From Nemertoderma westbladi (lineage: Eukaryota; Animalia; Xenacoelomorpha), in assembly GCA_032718475.1 (NCBI GenBank), contig JAUCBJ010008704.1, forward strand, positions 1-60,268: a stretch of 60,268 bases of DNA, given 5' to 3'. This document shows, in pieces, positions 51,193 to 60,268 of this stretch (its first letter is position 1; the number at the start of each line of letters is the position of its first letter). The notes under the pieces are model-generated. The model worked only from the letters and a program-made list of their open reading frames with translations. It was not told the origin of the DNA and did no database searches. Position numbers and translations under genes: made by a program.

Positions 51193-51240
51193 CAGCGCTA
51201 TACGTACGTTTCGGCCTAACAGGCCTCATCAGTAGCGCTA
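51193..51240 (-). ncRNA. Minimal type I hammerhead ribozyme
   Basis: Minus strand: AGCGCTA-CTGATGA-GGCCT GTT AGGCC-GAA-AC GTAC GT-A-TAGCGCT; complete core, helices I and II, short palindromic helix III, GUA cleavage triplet. Confidence 0.88.
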
Positions 51241-51489
51241 ACCAGCTCAGCCCCTAGTATCAACTGGCAGCAATACTCGAGCTGAATATTTATTTATTTG
51301 TACTTCCCTCCTGTTTCACTCTAGCATACTTGAGGCCGTTAGGTCCGCAGTTAGTGATAGAATATATGCAACTTAACAGTTGCAAGAGCTCATCTACAAA
51401 TGTATAAATAAACAGACTGGACTGGTGAATTTTACCTTCACTTCTCAAGCTCACTAATTCGCGGTTCGGATGGATTGCTATATCTTAAT

Positions 51490-51885
51490 ATATCTTATTA
51501 TGGGTCTGAGTCTGTACTCCCAGATATTCCCATTGGCGATATCTCCTTTGCAGAAGTGAAGGCTGCTGCAAAGAGCATTAAGACCAATCGTGCCAGTGGA
51601 GTAGATGGTGTTCCCCCTGAGGTCTTTAAAATACCTGAGTGTTTAAAGCTCATCTATCCCATCATAGTAGACATGTATCGAACAACAAGAGTCCCACAAG
51701 AAATGAAAACAAATAAGTTGGTGCCAGTTCCCAAGAAGGGCAACCTAACACTCTATGGTTCTTTTCGGGGAATCTCATTGATCTCGATTGCTGCAAAGCT
51801 ATACAATAGGATTCGATTAAATCGCATCAGGGATCCCATTGAGAGACTGCTCCGTGGAAATCAGAATGGGTTCCGTAAAGGGCTC
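51490..51885 (+). mobile_element. RTE-clade LINE fragment (RT N-terminal region)
   Basis: ASGVDGVPPE, VPVPKKGNL....FRGISL.S...K.YNR....RI......LR.NQNGFRKG. Confidence 0.85.
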
Positions 51886-52559
51886 ATTCCATGAAAAGGT
51901 CAACCTCCCCACTAATTTCTGAAAATGAGATGTAGCTTTGAATTTATACTTATTTTAGGTCAAAATTTATCATACTTCATGAATTCAGTGCTAAAAATTG
52001 TATCAACACAGGTGGTTTATCAAAAATAGTCGAATTACAAATTATGCACCTGCTCTGCACAAAATGTGAATAAAAGTGTGCAAAAGTTTCGTTTCCTGTA
52101 GGCACTTCCTATGACCAATAAATTAACATTTCTGAGCATGTACCAAATCAAAAACAAACCCATTTTCGAATTTGTTTCGTTTTATTTAATTTCACCAGTG
52201 TTTCATTCCTCTGTAATGAAATCAATAAAGTTAATCTTGTGATGTCCCATACTTTACCTAAAATAGTGAAATTTGTAGTTTATTCACAGAGATGTAACTC
52301 AGCCTAATCACCCAGTGGAATGCAAAGCACGTTTGTGTTGCGTCATCGTATAAAACAATCTTCATTCCCTCAGAAATATCATGGCGGCCAATTGAAAATT
52401 GTCCCATACTTTACCATCAAAATGGCGATTATATTAGTGCACTGTATTAATGTAATATGTGAAGCCATGAGTGTTATAATACTCTAAGGTCATAGTCGGC
52501 CGTAAGAATAGGAGTCTATATTTTAACTGAGAATCATTCCTCAGTCAAGAAATCCTTGG

Positions 52560-53121
52560 GTTTATGCATGTGGGGCGAGACACGTAGTCGGCGAGCCTTG
52601 GCATACGGTTCATATAGGGCAAATGGGGCATGTCCGTCTGTCTGTCTGTCCGTCCGTCCGTCTGTCTGGTAAATGTTTGAACGCGAATTTCTCTGCATCG
52701 CTGGTTCGGAATTGAACCAAACTTAGTAGGTAAGTAGTAGAGAGAAAGTTTAGAAAGTTTGTAAAGTTTGGTGAAAAATCATGCAGTCTGACGTCAGCTA
52801 CGACAGATTATGTAGTTTTTAGAAAATGTTAAATTTCTCGGGAAGGCCTCATTTTCCTGAGCTGAAATTTTGGTGGCCTGTAGAGAATCATGAAGTCTAT
52901 CTTTTACGAAATTGAAAAGTTAAGACATTTAATTGGGGATCCGCTAGAGACTCAGAAGTAATGACATAGGCCTACCGGTACGGTACTGCTGTACAGTGCT
53001 GCACTGGTAAGTACGAAATTGCAGAATAACAATTTGACACCACCTAGCGGATTAACATATGATTGTATATCGAATGAATACATTTATAGCATGGGATATT
53101 GGGTCCAAACTAGACATGCCC
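52560..53121. mobile_element. Helentron-associated (HINE/DINE-1-like) element
   Basis: (GTCY)n microsatellite at 52631-52668, subterminal inverted repeat GGGCATGTC (~52627) / GACATGCCC (53113-53121). Confidence 0.55.
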
Positions 53122-56100
53122 TGTAAAAGCTTCTGTGGGATATAACTGGCCCCTTTTGCTTCGCAATCCAGTTTCCCCCCAGGCGCTGGAATACTCTAAA
53201 AAGGTTCTCTAACTGTATATATATTCCCCTCGCCCGCAAGGTACCGTTACAGGTGTTTTAACGGACATAAAAGTCATTCTGTTATATACGTGTTTTGGCG
53301 GACATGGTAAGGCAAAAAACCTGTAATGCACCAACTACCTTTCACAGCTTAGCCGTGATGATTCATATTACGACATCTAACAGCTGGTTGCTGACATGGA
53401 AACAGCCATTGGATGCATGGTTCTTTGTTTGGCTTGAGCCAATCAGAGCGATTTTTCCTGTCGACGTGTAGCTTTTCAGCCGATCATAAGGAGAGTGTTC
53501 AGTCTTACTGCTCTTACTTGATACTTTGTTGATATTGCTGTCTAAGCCAGAAACACCGGCTTTTTGGGAAGAACTCTAGTAAACTGCTTAGATTATAGAA
53601 AGTATAACTGTTACCGGCGGTGTTACCTCACTTAATTTAACTGCACTAATCATATTGTTTGTACTGCTATTTACCGTCAGTTATTAATTGTATCTATTTG
53701 TTGATGGAAATATTGCTCTTTGGAGAATACGGATAAATCACCCAAAATTCCCAATTTTCTTGATACACTACAGGTTAGAGAGGCGGGCTATATATAACAA
53801 TTGCGATTTATATCAATGTGGTGTGTATTGAATCTAATGTTATTTAGTAGACACTACCTGAGTCAATTGCTGTTCTCTTTATGTGTGATCAAATATACTG
53901 ACGGTCGGCAGAATAGTGTGCATGGTTGTGAGTGTGATGTGACTGGTAACAAAGCATTTCCTAAAGAATGCGACTTATACTTTAATCATAAGCCTTATCG
54001 TTGCGTTTAGTATAAGTCCTAGCTCTGTTTAAATAGATAGAGCGCCACGTCCTAAAGGAACTGTTAATATTTCCCGAAAGTTAATAATATCTGTCAGAAA
54101 TTACATATTAGTGATCTATCGAATAATACAATAGGTTTACACTGCAACCTTACACTGCAATAATAAAATCTAAGCATCCGAATTCAGCCTCCCGGGTGTA
54201 GATCCATCGGGTGAATGATCGCGCATGGGCTGGCTTCGGCTAATGTTTTGTTTATTAGCATAAAATATTGTCGTATGCTAAAGGTGTGTTAATTAACTAA
54301 AAGACATATAAATTTTGGCAGGTTAAACTGCTAAAGGTCTTCAAAAGCGCGAACAGTAACAGTTTATAATCTTATTGCAGTAGGCAATAAGGTTGCAAAA
54401 TACCTTAGTGACTGGTAAAACTGAACCGGTACTTTGTAGGTCAGTAGGCCTAACTGTCATCACCGGTACCGGTACTGCTGTACAAGTACATTTAGTATTA
54501 TTCGATTTGATTATTGTATACTGGTAGGTCTTAGTACTTAATCAGGGACTGCAGCCCTGAATTTTTATTGAGATTTTACCTATTTCTGTCGGTTTTATTT
54601 CCTAGTAGGCTAATATTGAGCAGAAGGCGTGTGACCCTGCTCAGATTGTTCAGATAGTTGTAGGCTGAGCTGCTGTCTGACTGTTGTTGAGTTTGGAGAG
54701 ATTACGGCGTGTGTAGAGTTTGTCTGATAAAGTGCCGTTAGTAAGTTGGGGCAGCCATATGCGGTAAGGTCAATCCCCTCTTAAAGAATAAGTCGTACTA
54801 CCGTGTTAGAACGCATACTAACTAACAGTTTCAGAGTCTGCATATACTGTAGTTTATCTAGGCTTGATCGTAGTCTGCCAGTGTTTTAGCCTGAGTTTGT
54901 TTGTGTGGTCTGTTCAGGTACCGTAATAGTTATTACTCAAATATTTGTAGGCTGGATTGTTGTCTAGCTATTTTTAGGTCTGAAGGGATTGCTGCGTGTG
55001 TAGAGTTGGTCTGATAAAGTGCCGTTAGTAAGTTGGGGCAGCCATAAGCTGTAAGGTCAATCCCCTCTTAAAGAGTAAGTCGTACTACCGTGTTAGAACG
55101 CATACTAACTAACAGTTTCAGAATCTGCACATACTGTAGTTTGTTTAGGCTTAATAGTAGTCTGCCAGCGTTTGGTTTGTATTTGTTTGAGTATTCTGTA
55201 CGGGTAGCGTAATATTTATTATTCAGAGTTTATGCGATTATTCGCAACATTCATGTCCCCAAGTTTATTCCTACAGTAATTGTGCTTGTTATACATACCG
55301 TTATAGTTAAACTAACCCCGGTACTACATCAGGGCTGCTTGGCGTAGGTAAAGACTGACGACTTTGTGCTTCGGTCACTCCAGCAGATGCCGTGGTTCTT
55401 TTAACTGTTCAAGTATATTTAACTACTGATTATTTGTTATACCGGTACTTGTACCTAATTTAGGGTTTAGTGTACAGTGCTTTCCGAAGTAATTAGTGTA
55501 GGCAGTATATTTGTGTTGTAAAGTGGTTGATAGGCACATTCGTTAGCTCTATTAGCTTCTGGGTAGGAACAATCCGTGATACATAACGTAGTACCTATAG
55601 CGATACGGTTATAGGTCGTCAGGCGGTGGTATTTTCCTATCTGGACAGTACAATATATTTACTACTTATTATTTCAAATACCGTAGTACCCTGTCCGTTG
55701 TAATAACCAGAATTCTAACCCTTTGTTAGGCTGGTTTGTAGACTTCCTGTAAAATTACCCTAAAAATTTCGTACGTAATATTTTGTTGTGTTTAATTAGA
55801 GAATTAATCTCACCAGTATAGTAAGTAATTTGTAGTATTAAGTAACTTAGGTAAATTAGATTCAGAAATTAGAATCAGTTTTAGTGTCAAATAAATAGCA
55901 CTTCACTGAGAGGCGTTCAGCTTCTGTGTAGTGACTCCCCCAGAAATAATAACATTTATTTCAAATATTGACAAAAACCCATTTAAACGGGTATATAAAT
56001 ATTATAAATCAACTCAAACGATTTATAAATAGTAGGCCTGTCATACAACAACTAGGTCTCACTATCAGTTGGACTACTGCTTGAATAACGGTAATAAAGT

Positions 56101-59100
56101 AAGTTAAAGTAACCAAGTAACCCTAAAATATTCAGAAATTCAATTATTCTAAAAAATAATTGACATACCGGTACTTACCATAGGCTTATTATATATATTT
56201 ATATATATTTGTGCTATAATTATGATTATAAGATTATTATTACTGTGACAACTCTAGTCTGTAATAATACTTATATATATACTATAAGCATACCGGTATT
56301 CTAATATATTATATATATATCACGCTACACTGAGTAGCAGTATCGGTAATTAATTGTTAGGCTAACGGTGATACTGAATTACTAGACTTACTTTGACTGT
56401 ATTTATAGCCGTAGGCATTCAACTGTGTAAACAAACATGTCAGACGCAACCCAATCACTGTCAGATAGTGTCTTAGAAAGTGTTAGAATGAGTATTAGAC
56501 TTAGACAGTGTATTAAAAGGATCTGTGACCAAGATCAAAGTATAGAACATCCCAGATCCAAGTCTAAGTCACCTACTATTGAAAGAAAGGCCACCCCTAC
56601 AGTAGTAGTGTCAGACCCTAGGCTAGTAGAACAGCGTAGGTCTATCATCGGCACTTGCGCCCAAGTCAAGCGGGATCAAGAAGCAGCTGTCAAACCGCAG
56701 CAACATCCTAGCCAAGAACCTAGTTCTCAGCGTCCCGATAGCTCCAGTAGTTCGGACACTGCTGAGCGGACACCCGAACGCGGAGCGAAGATGGCGGATA
56801 CGGTTTATGATGAGCGGCCAACCTATGAAGAATCAACCGACGCCACTTCTTCTCAAGTGGAAAGTGAGGTGGAAGGCGAAGTGGAAGGTGAGGTGGAAGG
56901 CGAAGTGGAAAGTGAGGTGGAAAGCGAAGTGGAAAGCGAATTAACATCAGCAGAGAAGCCGCGAACTAGAGACGCTATCGACATTTATTTGTCCGACTAT
57001 CAGCGATTCCTAGGAGACGAAGAGTTGAGGAGACGGCTGTCTGGACTTTCCCCTAATAGTGAAGGAACCAAGCTTGTGTTGGACTCAATCGATGCCGAAA
57101 TGTTAGCTGCAAACCAAGCTGAATGTGATGAAAACCTCCGCCTCATTAGAGTCCGAGAAGAACAAGTAAAGAAAGAACTGATAGAGACAAGAAGGGTAGC
57201 AGCAGCAGAAGCAGCGGAAACAGAAGCCGAAAGAAAGGCAAAAGCGGCGGAAGCAGAAGCCGAAAGAAAGGCAAAAGTGGCAGAAGCACAGCGGAGAGCG
57301 TCTGAGGCGACTATCCAATTGGAGTTGGAAAAGCTGCAAGAGACGCAAGACAGTATAAATAAACAGTTTACTGCTAATCAGATGCAGATGATGAGAAAAT
57401 CTACTCCCAAGCGCCAGGGGTACACATCCTCAGAGGAAGGCGATACTACCGATCCTGAAGGCGGAGGAAATGGATCTCATCTAAGTAGGCGTAGAAAAAC
57501 ATATTACCGTCGCAAATTGCCTGATTTGCCCCCAGCTGTTAAAAGACAGCTAACTAGCACAGACTTAGGTAGTGCAGAACCCATAGAACAATTTATCCAG
57601 GTCAAAAGACTCCCTACTATAGTCGATGAACCTGAAATAATTAGGCCTGTTGTTCCCAAAGTCACTTCTGTGCTAGAGACCCCTGCACTTCCAGAGCTTA
57701 ACTCTAAATTCCCTTTACATAGTACTACACTGCCTGTACCCGGTGGAACATTCCATGCAAATACCCCTGTCCAGATAGCAGAGAGAGAAATCAATAATTT
57801 GTCTCCCGTCGTCCCGCGTCAGCCCGCTACTATGTTGGCGACTCCCGCTTCGGCGGTTGAGTGGGTGGAGGAGGGACGGCGGGGGATGAATCTCCTGTTA
57901 GGACAGATGCAGGAGACTGTCCACCAACTTAAGGGAACGGTGAGGGAAAGTAGAGCAGAGTTGCAAGAAGTGCAGCAAAGTATCGCGCTAGAACGCGACA
58001 AATTAGTCAATATACAAAAAGGCATACCAATGCCCCCTGTAACATTGTGTCAACCCGTTAGGTCTGAAGTACTACATGCGCAAGGTGTGGAGCCTACACG
58101 CATCTATACTGCTAGTGAAGTTGAAACTCCTATAGCAAACCCTATTAAGGGTGATTATAGACCTGTTATTAATGATATTCCCTATAGACCTGATAATGAT
58201 CCGAGAAATTTATATACCGATAATTCGATATTAAATAACACGATGGTCCAAGAAAGCTTTACGCGTCAGATGGCTAGAACAGAAGCCCGCCAAGCGGTCA
58301 AAGTTGGAGAGATCGTCAAATTCAATGGAGATGAGATGAAATGGTTACCTTTCAACGAATATTACAAAGATAGCATACAGAACTCTGTACTATCTAACGG
58401 AGAGAAACTTAGATTCCTCATCAAGTGCTTGGAAGGACCTCCCAAGTTAATGGCGTTAAAGTTTATTGGACATCCAGATGGATTGAGACAAGTTTGGGAT
58501 ACACTAAACATCAGGTATGGTAACAAGGATAACATAGCTAAGTATTTGTATGCAAAATTAGTAGCCCCCCGACACTTCCTTAGTAGCGAGATTATAGAGT
58601 TTTCCGATGAAATTCAAGAGATCTGTAGACAACTGGACTGGTTAGGTAAGTCGCATGAATATCAGAGTTCCATGGTTATTGGAGCCGTAGTCTCTACTTT
58701 ACCAAAGGGTGGAGTATGTACACGCTGGGACAAGAAAGTGTTGTACATGAATGAACAACAACGACGAAGTCCTACCATGGCTGATCTCATGTCCTTCTTA
58801 GATAGTGAAGTAAAATTACAACTCATAAGGCAGTCCAGAGAGAAAACATCGGAAAATAAGGTAAGTGAGAAACCCGTTTCTAGGAGAAGGATAATACCAG
58901 TGTGTTATACTGACGACGGCGAAAGCCAAGCTTCTCAAGAAGAGGACAGCGGGAAAGACACAGCAAAATCTTACTATGACAACAAGACCTATAAAGACGT
59001 AAGTAAATACAAGTCTCGAACCAGTGACAGGAGAGAACAGGTAACAACAACTCCTCCTACGTCTCCTAAGAGAATTCACGGAAGAAAGCCCGAAGAAAGA

Positions 59101-60268
59101 ACGAGAGTGCATAACGTTAACCAAGTTAAGGTGAGTAACATCAAACCAAAATGTGCGCTGTGCGACGGGCCCCACCGTTTGAGTGCGTGTGCTGAATTTC
59201 TAAAGAAATCCCCTGTAGACAGACGTACAGTCCTGTGGAATAAGCGGCTATGCTATAATTGCCTCAGATCAGGACACCAACGGCGAACCTGTTACTCCGA
59301 CGTAAAGTGTGCAAAGTGTGGCGCGAAACATCACATCTTGTTACACAGTGAGTTCGAACGAGACAACCCGAGTCAGGTAAGTGAGCCCGAACTACATGTC
59401 CAATTCAGTGATGTGAACGACACTGACCAAGGTTCTGAGTGGGAAGGATTCTATACAGACGAATTCTCCGATGCCAACGAATCCTGTTATCTAATAAATA
59501 CCACAGTGTATCGAGCACTTACGGATGAAAAGGACACTGACGAGTTTACTCCAACTCCTTTTGACAAACAACCATCTTGGAAAGTTCCAACTTCCAACAT
59601 AGGAATAAGAGAATTTCCTGTAGTGCAAGTTCGAGTTCATGGTCCCAACAAGAGTTACATAGTGAACGCCCTACTTGACTCCGGCAGCACAGGAACATTC
59701 ATCGATCAAGAACTAGCCGAAGATATCTTTGCTGGACAACCCAAGTTCCGGACTAAATTGAATATGTCAGGAATTATACAGGTTTGGAAATCTACCATAA
59801 CGGCAGATTACTATGTAGGTGCGTTGTCCACCCCCCAGGATAAATTAGGAGCACAAAGTATAAGGTCAGTAAAAATGGTGGCTATAAAGAACTTCGCTAC
59901 TACCCAAGCAGACCTTTATAATTGGGACGAGGATGAGAGCATCCAACATCTTAAGATACCTCGATTCCAGACAGATTATCCTGGAGTGCAAATACTCATC
60001 GGCCAAAACGCGCATGAGGCGCTCGAGACATTGGAGAAACGGCCTGCTCAACCACAGCCACTGCAAACCTATGCGGTAAGAACTAGAGTAGGTTGGTACT
60101 TCACTGGCCCTTCCCGTAGAACTCTCAAAGAGAGATTACCTCAACAACAGGTATACCAAGTAAAGGGGGAAGTGGAGAGCAGTGATGTGGACGATCCAAC
60201 TGAGGGAACACCATACTCCTCAGATAATGACGATATTAACTCCAATGTAGATCAATGGAGACATTGCC
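53122..60268 (+). mobile_element. BEL/Pao LTR retrotransposon copy 2 (runs off the window)
   Basis: 5' LTR 53122-54355 (TGTAAAAGC...GCGCGAACA) homologous to the copy 1 LTR; leader and ORF collinear with copy 1. Confidence 0.92.
56437..60268 (+). CDS. Intact BEL/Pao Gag-protease ORF (at least 1277 codons, no stop in window; absent from the ORF track)
   Basis: Read codon by codon from ATG 56437 (MSDATQSLSDS) to SNVDQWRHC at the window end without a stop; same Gag, knuckle and LLDSGS motifs as copy 1. Confidence 0.9.
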   Translation, partial: MSDATQSLSDSVLESVRMSIRLRQCIKRICDQDQSIEHPRSKSKSPTIERKATPTVVVSDPRLVEQRRSIIGTCAQVKRDQEAAVKPQQHPSQEPSSQRPDSSSSSDTAERTPERGAKMADTVYDERPTYEESTDATSSQVESEVEGEVEGEVEGEVESEVESEVESELTSAEKPRTRDAIDIYLSDYQRFLGDEELRRRLSGLSPNSEGTKLVLDSIDAEMLAANQAECDENLRLIRVREEQVKKELIETRRVAAAEAAETEAERKAKAAEAEAERKAKVAEAQRRASEATIQLELEKLQETQDSINKQFTANQMQMMRKSTPKRQGYTSSEEGDTTDPEGGGNGSHLSRRRKTYYRRKLPDLPPAVKRQLTSTDLGSAEPIEQFIQVKRLPTIVDEPEIIRPVVPKVTSVLETPALPELNSKFPLHSTTLPVPGGTFHANTPVQIAEREINNLSPVVPRQPATMLATPASAVEWVEEGRRGMNLLLGQMQETVHQLKGTVRESRAELQEVQQSIALERDKLVNIQKGIPMPPVTLCQPVRSEVLHAQGVEPTRIYTASEVETPIANPIKGDYRPVINDIPYRPDNDPRNLYTDNSILNNTMVQESFTRQMARTEARQAVKVGEIVKFNGDEMKWLPFNEYYKDSIQNSVLSNGEKLRFLIKCLEGPPKLMALKFIGHPDGLRQVWDTLNIRYGNKDNIAKYLYAKLVAPRHFLSSEIIEFSDEIQEICRQLDWLGKSHEYQSSMVIGAVVSTLPKGGVCTRWDKKVLYMNEQQRRSPTMADLMSFLDSEVKLQLIRQSREKTSENKVSEKPVSRRRIIPVCYTDDGESQASQEEDSGKDTAKSYYDNKTYKDVSKYKSRTSDRREQVTTTPPTSPKRIHGRKPEERTRVHNVNQVKVSNIKPKCALCDGPHRLSACAEFLKKSPVDRRTVLWNKRLCYNCLRSGHQRRTCYSDVKCAKCGAKHHILLHSEFERDNPSQVSEPELHVQFSDVNDTDQGSEWEGFYTDEFSDANESCYLINTTVYRALTDEKDTDEFTPTPFDKQPSWKVPTSNIGIREFPVVQVRVHGPNKSYIVNALLDSGSTGTFIDQELAEDIFAGQPKFRTKLNMSGIIQVWKSTITADYYVGALSTPQDKLGAQSIRSVKMVAIKNFATTQADLYNWDEDESIQHLKIPRFQTDYPGVQILIGQNAHEALETLEKRPAQPQPLQTYAVRTRVGWYFTGPSRRTLKERLPQQQVYQVKGEVESSDVDDPTEGTPYSSDNDDINSNVDQWRHC

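Noticed and set aside
54415-54430. TGG about 60 nt after the copy 2 LTR as a tRNA PBS
   Set aside because: Too far from the LTR and not conserved in copy 1 (CGG at the equivalent site).

Overview
AT-rich, repeat-dense animal (invertebrate) genomic DNA. Host genes: an intronless BTBD8-like gene (+, 8154-14999) with two 30-bp coding repeat arrays, the 2-kb first coding exon of SPEF2 (+, from 46521), and a divergent minus-strand gene (Lys/Gly-rich first coding exon near 43.0 kb, possible further exon near 3.5 kb). An RFX X-box lies between the last two. The rest is nested mobile DNA: a complete, very young BEL/Pao LTR element (22966-40918, minus) carrying a 7.2-kb Mutator-like transposon, a second diverged BEL/Pao copy (53122 to the window end, plus), MITEs, LINE/SINE fragments, minisatellites and a minimal type I hammerhead ribozyme. 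Strongest candidate for a new system: both BEL/Pao copies encode Gag-protease but share a deletion of RT/RNase H, and neither has a TGG-type tRNA primer-binding site. Instead, the ~12 nt directly after each 5' LTR are complementary to an equivalent position inside that element's own LTR, and the two copies do this with different sequences. This covariation suggests Tf1-like self-priming (or RNA cyclisation) in the BEL/Pao superfamily. All calls were made by eye; no database searches were run.
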